From the IMG/VR virus record IMGVR_UViG_3300022187_000001: a DNA stretch of 64,000 nt. One strand, written 5' to 3'. This document shows positions 34,224 to 44,284 of the stretch, piece by piece (position 1 is the stretch's first letter; every line of letters begins with the position of its first letter). Under the pieces are notes generated by a model. That model was given only the letters and a program-made list of their open reading frames with translations, was not told the DNA's origin and searched no databases. This DNA is from an uncultured virus (IMG/VR IMGVR_UViG_3300022187_000001). Its lineage: Duplodnaviria > Heunggongvirae > Uroviricota > Caudoviricetes > Crassvirales. The position numbers were made by a program, and so were the translations under genes.

Positions 34224-35806
34224 CCTACTGTTATTGATGGGTGTGCTATTGAGTTGTATACATAGTTAGTGCCTGCTTCAACTCCCGTTAAGTGGTCTCT
34301 GATAATGGTGAACCCTGAAGTAGTAAGGTTGTTTAGGTCAAGAGAAGCAAAAATTTCATCGGTCTCCGACACGTCGTCGTTGCCTTGGAAGATGTTGAGG
34401 CTTACATACAGGTAGTCTCCTATAATTGTAATGTGTTGAGGTTCAAAGACCATAACCGCTGTCTCACCCCCTACAGGAGGGGTCAATGCAGCGACATCCA
34501 AAAAGTCAAAGCTTCCCGCTTCGGATAAATCAGATTTGTTTCCAATCCAGATTGCAGGCTTGGACCAGTGATTTACCACGATCTTATCTCCCCAATGTCC
34601 AATCCAATTCGGTTTTCCTTCATCATAGTCGGGTGGGTCCGTCCTAGAAGCTATCCAATCAAAATAATCTTGAGAATATAAAAGTGTACCCTCAGGGTCA
34701 CCAAGGTCAAGTTTAGCAAGAAATTGACTGGCGCTTCCTCTTGTAGAAAGAATAAAGAAACTCTGTCCGTCACCTAAGAAGTGCCCAGTAGATCCAGTGA
34801 ACTGATTAGCTGTGTAAAAAAGTTTTGGGTGATCGTCTTTATTCAAGTAGTATATAACACAAATATCATCTCTACTAGATATATTATCTTTAGGTACCCT
34901 GCAAACAAGGTCTACTCTGGAGGCGTCTATGTTTGGATTGATTTTGTTGGATTCTGTAGAAAGGCCTTGCGCAGGAAAATAATAATAGTCTCCATGTACA
35001 GTAGATCTGTGGTATTGACCTATATACTCTATGCCATCATAAAATTGGAATCCAGTTTCACTGCTCCAGTCAGACCCATACCATTCCATAAACACCCCGT
35101 CCACGTTTAAGCCTCCATCACTAATCACATTTCTCGTTACGACAAGAGGACCGCTAAGTGTAAAGGAGTCTATTGGAGGGTCCGTTGGGGTGTTGGCCGC
35201 ATATCCAAAAGAATCATGCGCATAACTTATAAGACCATTACCAAGACCATCTATGGTCATCCTAAATACACCAGCATGAGTAAGGTCAGCAAATTCTACA
35301 GACGTATAACTTATACTAGATCCAGCAAAATCAACTGTAACTCCGCTGAACTTAACCAGCTTAGGTAATGGAAGATTATACCCACTATCCTCTGGTGCTC
35401 TGGTCGTATAATAAGGATAGTTTTGAATTACAACATATAAATCATCTTCATGCACCAATCCTGGTTTCGCGGACACATAGCCAGGAACATCCAATTCTGG
35501 CGGCGTCCATTCGAAACTGCTAGGACTAGAGGCAGATGTGCTTAAGTCATATACAACTATAGACGACCTCGGTTCGCTTAAAGCGGCTTCTGGACTAGTT
35601 GGAACAGAGCCTGTGAAGTACCACCCAAATTGAAAGATGTAGTTGTCAAGACTGCTTGAAGGCGGAGTAATATTATAAGCTGAGGTATCTGAGCAATAAT
35701 ATTTTGAGGACCAATCCCAGCCAATAATATTAGGCACAGACATTTTGGGCGCCTTTTGTGAAGGCGAGCTTTCAAAACTGCGAGATATAATATTCTTTTT
35801 TCTCAC
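34220..35806 (-). CDS. Beta-propeller-like virion/receptor-binding protein (paralog A)
   Basis: Colinear similarity to 32616..34223. Confidence 0.6.
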   Translation of the reverse strand: MRKKNIISRSFESSPSQKAPKMSVPNIIGWDWSSKYYCSDTSAYNITPPSSSLDNYIFQFGWYFTGSVPTSPEAALSEPRSSIVVYDLSTSASSPSSFEWTPPELDVPGYVSAKPGLVHEDDLYVVIQNYPYYTTRAPEDSGYNLPLPKLVKFSGVTVDFAGSSISYTSVEFADLTHAGVFRMTIDGLGNGLISYAHDSFGYAANTPTDPPIDSFTLSGPLVVTRNVISDGGLNVDGVFMEWYGSDWSSETGFQFYDGIEYIGQYHRSTVHGDYYYFPAQGLSTESNKINPNIDASRVDLVCRVPKDNISSRDDICVIYYLNKDDHPKLFYTANQFTGSTGHFLGDGQSFFILSTRGSASQFLAKLDLGDPEGTLLYSQDYFDWIASRTDPPDYDEGKPNWIGHWGDKIVVNHWSKPAIWIGNKSDLSEAGSFDFLDVAALTPPVGGETAVMVFEPQHITIIGDYLYVSLNIFQGNDDVSETDEIFASLDLNNLTTSGFTIIRDHLTGVEAGTNYVYNSIAHPSITVG

Positions 35807-36255
35807 TTCTTTACTTTTTCTATTGTCCTACCAGCAAAATATGCCCCAAATACTGTAAGCATTAAAACTTCTAGCAAATTTATGTAATTTTCTGGGGGCA
35901 TAAAATGGACATCCAATCCATCCCATACGGTTAGGATCATGTAGAAAACAGTCAAGGAGACTAGTGTAATCGGTCTTATATACTTTGCGATCTTTACATC
36001 AGACTTGGCATCCGCCTCCCATCTTCTAGTAACCTGCTCTTGCTCGTTCTCTCTTTCTTCAATTAGAATTTTTTGAAATTCTATCTTTTGTTCTGGAGTA
36101 AGGTTTGGTTCGGTGTCTACTATTCTTTTTACAATACCTAGTACGCCGCTATCTGGCAGGTAATTACCCACCTGATCTGCTACTTGAGGTAGTTTATCAG
36201 ATAGCCATTTACCAACCTTGGTGTCCTTAATTCTTTTCCCCTCTTTGTCTTTCAT
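35803..36255 (-). CDS. Holin-like protein (3TM holin type)
   Basis: RWEAD...IRPITL, TM segments, GAYFAGRTIEK. Confidence 0.7.
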   Translation of the reverse strand: MKDKEGKRIKDTKVGKWLSDKLPQVADQVGNYLPDSGVLGIVKRIVDTEPNLTPEQKIEFQKILIEERENEQEQVTRRWEADAKSDVKIAKYIRPITLVSLTVFYMILTVWDGLDVHFMPPENYINLLEVLMLTVFGAYFAGRTIEKVKK

Positions 36256-39200
36256 ACTCTTTATTAAACCTAACCATGGCAAGGCGTTCCGCCTCCATAA
36301 TTGCTGTAATCCTTTCTGATCTTTTAATGTAGTCCTTTATGTCTTTGGCCCTTTTACGCTTCTCTCTTAGCTCCTTCATTCTTTTTTCTGTCTCCCTTAA
36401 AGAGTTGTACAAGGGATTAATTCCTTTGTACCTGGATGGACTGTAGTTTTTAGACAGACCCTCTTTTAGTTCTCTTCGGAGTTGCATCACCTGCTCTGAG
36501 TTTTCTTCAAAAAGATCATAGTCATAGTACTTAGAAGCCTCACCGTAAACTTTACGAGCGATAGGAACACGAGACAGCTTAATATCAGCCACAGGAGCCT
36601 CTTTAACTTTTTTCAAGAAGCTAGGTAGGTCATTAGCCTTGCTTGCTTCAGACGCTACAGAGTACATAGTTTGACCAATGTCATATATGGCCTGTCCAGA
36701 CTGGCCTATAAATCTTCCAGAACCTCCACCCAAATACTCAAACAAGTACCAGTATGGGTCAAAGTTTAGATCAACATCCCCGCTCTTATACTTGCTTCCT
36801 CCAGTAGCCTCATTTAACCACTTGAAGAAGTCTTGAATGACCTCTGGAGATCTAAATGCCATTTCTGATTCTGGACGCTTTGTTCCAAACGGAAGCTGTT
36901 CCATATATACTTTTTCTCCAAAATATGTCTCGTTCATCGCTACCTCAACGAGAGGCTTGATAGGCGTAAAGGCTGTTGCCTTCACGAAGTAGTCCATAAG
37001 ATTTTCTGATTGACCAAAGCTAATAGGAGAGAATGAGCTAATAGCTGATGTAGCTAGGAACATCATGGCGTCATCAGCGTCTCTATTGCCGCTCATTGTT
37101 TCAACCATTGTCATTCCCAAATTATTAAACAGGTTAAAACCATAAGGAAGAGGCACCTTTATATAACCCTTTCCATTAGTCATAATAATTAGGTTTCTTT
37201 CTTTCTCGTAGTCTGGTATTTTATTGTAAAAAAGCTCACCATCCTCATCTTTGTCGCTACTAGCTAGGTTTATCATTGTTGTCAAAGCACTAAGAGTTGC
37301 CATACCAAAGGCTAACTTTTGAGGATTTGTAGTTCTCTTGTGCCAAGATTCAAGTTCTCCGTTAGGCTTTTTGGTGTCCTTCATATAGAACATAGACCTA
37401 AGTATTCGAGCATTACCCTGCATTGCTGCATTAAAGAAGAGGTACACACTGTTCAATGTAGACCCCCACTCACCGCTTCTGTTAAAGTTTACTGTAATGT
37501 TCTTTGAGAGCTGAGCAGCTCTGTCTTTAGTTACCCCAAGGTTTCTGGCTGAAATGTAAGCTGACAATCTTATGCTGTTCTCAAAGGCTTCGTTTACCCC
37601 CTCGATATAGTCAGCTACATTTGTTGCGGTCTTCCATACTTTTCCTGGCAGTCCTTTCTTGGCGTCGTTCTCAAGCTCTTTTATTATTGAGTCGATATCA
37701 TTGGTGTATCCCCAACCAGTCTGCCCTCCGCTCTCCTTCCATTCTTCATAGAATTTAACCAGCTCTGGGCTCATCTCCTTTCCAAATGCATTCTCGTTAA
37801 GCAAACCCCTCAGAGACATGGAGGTGTTTTTTATGAGTTCTTTTGTTAGATCTGAGACTCTAACTCCTGATACAGTTCCATCACTCCTTTCGGCTTCGGC
37901 CAATGCATTATACATCGCGGACTGTATGTCTCTTGAGAAGTTCGTAACAAAGAAGTTAGGATCATACACAGTAAATACATTACGAAGCCATTGAGCTGGC
38001 TTTCTCATGGCGTTAGTGATGATGTTGGTTGGGTCAACGCTAAGACCATTTATTGTCTTGGCAAAGTGCTCATTCTTAAATTGAATGAAGTGTTGTTCCC
38101 CGTTAATTCTTAACGCCACCATATCAGGTCGCGCCCGCATCTCACTATCACTCATTTTCCTAACCTTACCTCCCTTCTCTATAGTCTCCATTCTTCTTTT
38201 GGGACTCCAAAGGCTAAAGACATTTTCGTTAGGGTTCCCAGAAAACATGGAATGAAGGCTAAGAAGGGCTTCATTTTTTCTAGCAAGCTGCTTAACTCTA
38301 GCGTTTTGCATCACCACTTGGGCCACTATGTTTACATCTGTCTTAGATTTTCTACCCTTTGCCTTTCTGGTCGTAGGACCATAAACTGCCATACCCATTC
38401 CGCCAGTTGGGTATGAGCTTGTTGCGTCATCCATTTCATCTATAGAAAGACCAGACAAAGGCACGTAGTATTCATACATGTCCTCATATGCGTCAATGGT
38501 TTCATCGGTTTCTAGGCCGAATTTCCGCATTGTATCTCGTGTATCTTGAGAAATAGAAAGCACCATACTTGACAATCTACGCATGGCGTTAGTCCCTAGT
38601 CGGTCTATTATCTCTTCCGCCTCATCATTTGTCATTCCAGAGCCACTCTCCATGTCTGCTCTTTCTGCCATTATTTTGGCATTTCTCTCCCTTGCATGAA
38701 GTGCGTACATAAAATCAGAAAGCTCGTCAGACTTTATTCCCTCTGCAGCCATCATGTCTTTTATCTCTTGCAAAGACTGATCAAGGCCATCAAGGTCATT
38801 TCTTGTCTTTCCATACATCAAATCAACAGCGAGATTAAAGTCGTTGCCCACAGCCATCCTACGCCCTCTAAACTCCTCTATGTCCTTTTGCAAAAGCATC
38901 ACATCATGATACTTATCCTGCAACTTTAGAGCAACTGCATCCAAAGCCTTACCAAATCCAGTTGCCTCTGAAGCCTGCCATCCTGGTCCATTGGTGTAGC
39001 TTATTCTTCCGAGTCGCCTAGTGTTAGCCGTACCGTCTACAGAAAATAGTGTTTGTTCAGCACCCTTCTTTACGTTTGCCCCAAGGGTTTGTCCAAAAAG
39101 TGACTTTTCGTTCAAGTTATATTCGGGCTTAGATCTAAAGAAGTAGACACCATTTTCTTTTGCCTTTATTCCAAACCTGTAGGTTTTTGTAGAGTCTACA

Positions 39201-42200
39201 TAATCTGCTGAAGAAACAAGATCGGGCTTCACCAAAGCATAAACGTGAGTCTCACTCTTCTTGTAGTCTGGGTCATTCATTAAACCCGTGTAATGCTTTA
39301 TGGAATTTGGATTCTTTACTCCTTCAGAAAACAAGAATTTTCTTGACGTATTTTTTCCTTTTGTCTTTTGATTTGGGTTTTCTATCTTTTTAAGGTTAGA
39401 CAGTATCGACGTAGCAATAGTTTTTCTACCGCCAAATCCAGCCCTAGACACCATTATACTTTCGTACTGATCAGACATTTTAATGATCAGCTTTATGGCT
39501 TCCATCACTGTTTTTTTGTCGTAGGAACCAAACTCATTCTTAACCAATTGAGGTAGGTTTGGCTCTGGCATGTACACCTTTTCTCCTTTAAACCCTTCTT
39601 TTTCTACTACAGATGAGGTGGCACTAAATGGATACCTAACTCCTGCCGCCTTTTGTGCATCTTCAGTTGCTTGAGGAAGAAATAAGTTCTTCATTCCAGG
39701 CTTTGATATAGCGCTATTTATACCCTCAGCTATAGCTTCAACCATGGTGGTCTCATTTTTCCCTGAGATTAGAGGCGTGTCACCATATTTATCAAGATGC
39801 CAGGCTACAACCTCCTCCATTATGAAGTTAAATCCACCAGGATCAGAGAACACGTTCTCTTCTCCAAGGCTAAGGTATCCTAAAATCAGGGGCTCGTTAT
39901 TTTTTTTCGCCATTTCCACTGCTGACCTTATAACTCCCGCTGCTGATGGATCTGTATTAGCGGCTATTGTAACCATTCCATCCCGATCTGATTTCTCGTT
40001 CATCAGGTAGGTAGATCCGCTAGTCATGTCCGCTTTTGCTATGGAAGGGTTGCCGTCAGGAGTTATCCTAAGTACGGATAGTTTCTGCCTCATTCCAGCA
40101 TACTTGTCGAACTGTATAGTGGCACCATTGTGACCAAGAATAGCCAGAGCTAATCCTGGGTGCAAGAATTCTCCCTGAAGTTGAGATATGTCTATGTCTG
40201 TAATATTGTCTACCTCAAACCTCTTTAAAAGGTCTGATTCTTCTGATGCAGAATAACTAATTTTAGCTAGTTTAGCAGCACTAGCGGTCCCCTCAACTAT
40301 GTCACCCGACATGTTTTTTGGTACCCTTGGCACGGGGACAGTTGCCCTCCTTGGAGCCAATGGCATAACGCCTGCCTCTTCTGCTAACGCCACCTCAAGA
40401 ATCTCTAAAGAACCTTGAGTAAAACCGATGTCATTCCCCATGTCATCGGTCTCTCTCTCCAAGTTTGGAAACCTCTGGGCAAAAGTGTTTAAATTAATGC
40501 CAAGAGCGTCCATGGAGATACGGTTAAGGTTTAGGAACCTCAATCTCTCGCTTTCTTTTCTAGACGCTATTTGTTCGTTTTCAGCCCTATACTTAACCCT
40601 TTGTTTCTCAGAATAAGTTAAAGGCACAATATCCATAGGTATTATCTCCTTAGTCTTGTAGTCACGCTTGTAAAACAACTCCTTTCCTCTCCAATCCAAA
40701 GGCCTTCCGTCAGTAACATCATGTCCTGGCATATCAGATATTGGGATTATTTTCCCGTTGTCGTCTACAAAAGACATATTCTGAAGTGGCCTCTTGTTGT
40801 TGCCAGTCATCTTGGCGTACCAATTCCTGTAGTGATTATAGTCTTTTATAATGGTTGATACTTCAGTTGATCTACTGGCGTCATATGCGCTAGTAGGTAT
40901 ATGTCCAGACACCCTCTTTCCGTCAAGAAATGTCGGCTTGTATGAGGCTGCTGTCCCCTCTACTTCTACTTCATTGTCTACCTGAGACGGGAGATAAGCC
41001 ATCTCTTTTACCTCTCCCTTACCCTTCAAATACTTGTCGAACTTATTTACAAGGCCTCTAAACTCACTTTTGTTTAAGCTTAGGGCGCTTTCTACGTCAG
41101 ACTTTTTTATAGTAGCCCCACTATATGTATGTTCTCCTTTAGCTATGGCTTTTGCTAGGTTAGTTATAAGCTCTACCTCTATGTACTTTTGATTGCTGCC
41201 AGCTACACGGGCATTATGTATCCTTACAAATTCAGCCAGACTGCCAGTAGGGTCTTTTTCTATTGCTTTATTTATAGCAGAGATGATGGGAGACCTAAAC
41301 TCATCCTTGTATATCTGATCGTTAAATTGATAGTGCAAAAACTCCTCTTCAATTACATCTGTAGTGTAATCTTTCTTAAGGTGAATTTCAAAAACCCTTC
41401 CATCAGAGTCTTGAAGAGTAAAGGCGTTCTTACCAATAAGGTTAGCCCTAGAACCGACTTTATCCAGAGAATCTTGAGTGTCGTGTATTATAACCCTAGC
41501 GTTAGGACTTGCTTTTCTTAGTCGGTTAAGGTCAGAGGTCTGTTGCTTGTTTAAGTTCAACTCGTCTACCTCGTCGGTCACTTCAGTAGCAGCGTTGCCT
41601 ATTTCTGAGAATGCGAACTCACCGCTTGCTGTATTCTCCAAAACACCCCCAGATATATTAGATACGTTCGTATACCTAAGTGTGTACGAGTTTCGATCTA
41701 TATCATCTGCTTCCCACTGTTGTATTACGGTTCCTTCACTTGCTGACTGAGGGTCGGTTACTATTGTGTATCTAAAACCCTTTCCTTCGGCTTGCTTATA
41801 TGCCTCCTCAACTAATTTATTGTTTGTGTCTTCTAAAGCACGTATGTCAGCCTTGATTCCTTCAGTAAGTTCCTTACCCAAGTTGGGGTTGTTGAGAGAA
41901 TTAGTCAGCGCTCCGAGGTCCATTTGAACCTTAGCGATCTTCAACAGAAGGTCTGCTGATTGAAAATCCCCTTGCTTTGCTGTGCTTATAAGATCGTCTA
42001 GTATTGAATCACTTATAAAAATATTTCCACGAACCTTATCAAGCTTTGCTGCTATTCTTTTCTGAGCAGACAGAATTGCCTCTACATCTACGTCTCCATC
42101 ATCATTTAAAGTTCTAGAAACCTCATTTAGCTCTTTCATGAGGGCCAGATGAGCCTTTCTTTCTTTCCTGGACATACCCATTGCGATGAGTGCCCGTTCA

Positions 42201-44284
42201 GTGTTAAGGGGGTTGGCTATATATTGTAAGTAGTTCTGTCTGTTTGCCTCATAGTTTTCCCAAGCTTCATATGTGGGGAAGTTATCTGGGTGCACAAATT
42301 GGGCGTCATGAACAACTGGAGTCTTTCCATCGGAAATGAAGTTTTTATTTAATACTTTATCTCGATATCTTTTATTAGACTTTGTGCCCTGAATAGCCTT
42401 GCCCCTAGCTACTTCGTTCTGAACGACATTTGCAGTGGCTATAGCTCCACCGAAAAGGGCGCCAAAAAATTCTCCAGAAGACCTAGCTGTTTTTTTAGCT
42501 TTTTGAAGATCTAAATCTGGGTTAATGAAATTTTCGTATGCCTGTCTGTATAGACCATAGGCAGACGCACCAGATTGCTGAGAATATTGCTTTTTAGATG
42601 CGTCTTGAAGAATCTCAGTCACAACCTCTTCTTGTCCCTCTATCCATGATCCAAGAGTTGCAGCCTGAGCACCTCCAGCTAGATACTGCGCGGCCCTACC
42701 TAATCCAGCTTTACCAGTAGCCTTATATACTTCCTGTCCAATCTTTGCGTTAACGCCTCCAATTCCTGCGCCTCGCATAAGCATTCCACCACCCTTCACC
42801 ATGATTACGTTGCCCATGAACTCACCAGCAAACTCACTACCAGCTGCGACTTCAGCGTGGCCAGCAGCTCTAAAGTGATCGTGCTTCCTGGAATACCCGT
42901 CCTTAATGACTAGGTCTCCATATTCATTTATAGTTGTAGCTTCCTTTATGTCAACGGGATCTCCATCCGACGTAAAGTAGTTGTAAAACCTTGGGTCTGA
43001 GTATGTAGATCCGTACTCTTGACCCATAACTTGAAGCCCCATAAAAGTAGATTGAGCTATAGTGTACGCCCATCCTGCGGCTGACATGCTTTTCGTAGAC
43101 GCGAGAGCACCCGCCGCCGCAATTCCGCCAGCCAATTGAGAAGACAGAGTGCTTGGAGAGTTTCCAAACATTTCTATTCTCTCTGTGTCGGACATACCTT
43201 CCCTTAGTCCAAGCCATGAAAGAGGCGTAATAAGCATTTTGTCCACATGCATGCCAATGCTTTCCATCTCCTCGTCAGCCATGAACCTTACGGCTCTTCC
43301 TTCCGCCATTTCATTTTCCCTCTGCTTTCTCCTTTCTTCGAAACCAAAGTAGTTATACATTGTGTCGAAGTATTCATCTTTGAGCGGCCTAGGAATAGAA
43401 GGGCTGGCCGCCGCCATCATCTTTAACCCAGCAGCAATAAATGAGTCAGAAGCTCCTTTTGCGTTAGGGACAAATAGATTAGCTACTTGACCATAAACCC
43501 CTTCATCTGTCCCAACAAATGGATTGTCGTCCAACTGAGTGTTAAATCCATAGTTGTCAAGAATGTATTTCTCTACGCCGACAGGATCTTGCCCGTCCTG
43601 AAACTCTCCAGATATAGCCTCCCTAATCCTAGAGTTAAAGAACTTTTTTTTGTAAGCCCCCATTTTATTAACGAGAGACTCCTTAAATGTTTTTCTGTTA
43701 ATAGCATCTGAAGGCTCAGGATCAAAAGCAAATTCATACTCACTCATGATGCCAGCTCTCTCCTCTTCAGGCACTGTTAAATTAACAAGACTCATAAATG
43801 CCTTCTTGTCTGACTCATCTACAGCCATAAGGTCCCTAAGGGACATGGGGTCTGAAAACCCAGGAAAATTCTGATTCTTCTCAATCTCACCTAGAGCGGC
43901 ACCTTCAGCACCAAACCTAGGCTGCCCAACCTCAATTATGCTCGTAGGCTTGTAGCTTTGCATCCCATCTACAGGGTCGCCTACGGGTTCAAAATCAACC
44001 TTTGTTGCTGCGCTGTAGCTGGACTCCGATAAAGGCTTCGTAAAGCCCGATTCTGATGCTGAGACCGTACCGTCTGCAGCCACCTGAGAGTATATTTTCT
44101 GCTGAAAGTTTGACGGCTTTTGACCGTACTCCTTTGTTGGAGCTTCGCTTTTTTTTTTAGCGTACTCCATATACTGCCTAACCTGAGAGGAGTTATATCC
44201 AGAAAGAACTAAAGAGGAGTATATCTCGTCGTCAGACTTGCCATTTGATGACAAAGAGCTGTAAAGTTGTTCAAATTCGTCCAT
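36227..44284 (-). CDS. Giant internal virion/ejection polyvalent protein with a C-terminal LPD38-like domain
   Basis: 2685 aa; G/A-rich hydrophobic helices; EEEFLH zincin-like motif; VNFNRSG...YLFFNA, IPDYEKERN, KVPLPYGF. Confidence 0.75.
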   Translation of the reverse strand: MDEFEQLYSSLSSNGKSDDEIYSSLVLSGYNSSQVRQYMEYAKKKSEAPTKEYGQKPSNFQQKIYSQVAADGTVSASESGFTKPLSESSYSAATKVDFEPVGDPVDGMQSYKPTSIIEVGQPRFGAEGAALGEIEKNQNFPGFSDPMSLRDLMAVDESDKKAFMSLVNLTVPEEERAGIMSEYEFAFDPEPSDAINRKTFKESLVNKMGAYKKKFFNSRIREAISGEFQDGQDPVGVEKYILDNYGFNTQLDDNPFVGTDEGVYGQVANLFVPNAKGASDSFIAAGLKMMAAASPSIPRPLKDEYFDTMYNYFGFEERRKQRENEMAEGRAVRFMADEEMESIGMHVDKMLITPLSWLGLREGMSDTERIEMFGNSPSTLSSQLAGGIAAAGALASTKSMSAAGWAYTIAQSTFMGLQVMGQEYGSTYSDPRFYNYFTSDGDPVDIKEATTINEYGDLVIKDGYSRKHDHFRAAGHAEVAAGSEFAGEFMGNVIMVKGGGMLMRGAGIGGVNAKIGQEVYKATGKAGLGRAAQYLAGGAQAATLGSWIEGQEEVVTEILQDASKKQYSQQSGASAYGLYRQAYENFINPDLDLQKAKKTARSSGEFFGALFGGAIATANVVQNEVARGKAIQGTKSNKRYRDKVLNKNFISDGKTPVVHDAQFVHPDNFPTYEAWENYEANRQNYLQYIANPLNTERALIAMGMSRKERKAHLALMKELNEVSRTLNDDGDVDVEAILSAQKRIAAKLDKVRGNIFISDSILDDLISTAKQGDFQSADLLLKIAKVQMDLGALTNSLNNPNLGKELTEGIKADIRALEDTNNKLVEEAYKQAEGKGFRYTIVTDPQSASEGTVIQQWEADDIDRNSYTLRYTNVSNISGGVLENTASGEFAFSEIGNAATEVTDEVDELNLNKQQTSDLNRLRKASPNARVIIHDTQDSLDKVGSRANLIGKNAFTLQDSDGRVFEIHLKKDYTTDVIEEEFLHYQFNDQIYKDEFRSPIISAINKAIEKDPTGSLAEFVRIHNARVAGSNQKYIEVELITNLAKAIAKGEHTYSGATIKKSDVESALSLNKSEFRGLVNKFDKYLKGKGEVKEMAYLPSQVDNEVEVEGTAASYKPTFLDGKRVSGHIPTSAYDASRSTEVSTIIKDYNHYRNWYAKMTGNNKRPLQNMSFVDDNGKIIPISDMPGHDVTDGRPLDWRGKELFYKRDYKTKEIIPMDIVPLTYSEKQRVKYRAENEQIASRKESERLRFLNLNRISMDALGINLNTFAQRFPNLERETDDMGNDIGFTQGSLEILEVALAEEAGVMPLAPRRATVPVPRVPKNMSGDIVEGTASAAKLAKISYSASEESDLLKRFEVDNITDIDISQLQGEFLHPGLALAILGHNGATIQFDKYAGMRQKLSVLRITPDGNPSIAKADMTSGSTYLMNEKSDRDGMVTIAANTDPSAAGVIRSAVEMAKKNNEPLILGYLSLGEENVFSDPGGFNFIMEEVVAWHLDKYGDTPLISGKNETTMVEAIAEGINSAISKPGMKNLFLPQATEDAQKAAGVRYPFSATSSVVEKEGFKGEKVYMPEPNLPQLVKNEFGSYDKKTVMEAIKLIIKMSDQYESIMVSRAGFGGRKTIATSILSNLKKIENPNQKTKGKNTSRKFLFSEGVKNPNSIKHYTGLMNDPDYKKSETHVYALVKPDLVSSADYVDSTKTYRFGIKAKENGVYFFRSKPEYNLNEKSLFGQTLGANVKKGAEQTLFSVDGTANTRRLGRISYTNGPGWQASEATGFGKALDAVALKLQDKYHDVMLLQKDIEEFRGRRMAVGNDFNLAVDLMYGKTRNDLDGLDQSLQEIKDMMAAEGIKSDELSDFMYALHARERNAKIMAERADMESGSGMTNDEAEEIIDRLGTNAMRRLSSMVLSISQDTRDTMRKFGLETDETIDAYEDMYEYYVPLSGLSIDEMDDATSSYPTGGMGMAVYGPTTRKAKGRKSKTDVNIVAQVVMQNARVKQLARKNEALLSLHSMFSGNPNENVFSLWSPKRRMETIEKGGKVRKMSDSEMRARPDMVALRINGEQHFIQFKNEHFAKTINGLSVDPTNIITNAMRKPAQWLRNVFTVYDPNFFVTNFSRDIQSAMYNALAEAERSDGTVSGVRVSDLTKELIKNTSMSLRGLLNENAFGKEMSPELVKFYEEWKESGGQTGWGYTNDIDSIIKELENDAKKGLPGKVWKTATNVADYIEGVNEAFENSIRLSAYISARNLGVTKDRAAQLSKNITVNFNRSGEWGSTLNSVYLFFNAAMQGNARILRSMFYMKDTKKPNGELESWHKRTTNPQKLAFGMATLSALTTMINLASSDKDEDGELFYNKIPDYEKERNLIIMTNGKGYIKVPLPYGFNLFNNLGMTMVETMSGNRDADDAMMFLATSAISSFSPISFGQSENLMDYFVKATAFTPIKPLVEVAMNETYFGEKVYMEQLPFGTKRPESEMAFRSPEVIQDFFKWLNEATGGSKYKSGDVDLNFDPYWYLFEYLGGGSGRFIGQSGQAIYDIGQTMYSVASEASKANDLPSFLKKVKEAPVADIKLSRVPIARKVYGEASKYYDYDLFEENSEQVMQLRRELKEGLSKNYSPSRYKGINPLYNSLRETEKRMKELREKRKRAKDIKDYIKRSERITAIMEAERLAMVRFNKEYERQRGEKN

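Noticed and set aside
32616..35806. Diversity-generating retroelement or invertible tail-fibre cassette
   Set aside because: No reverse transcriptase or invertase and no near-identical DNA repeats; the paralogs are similar only at protein level
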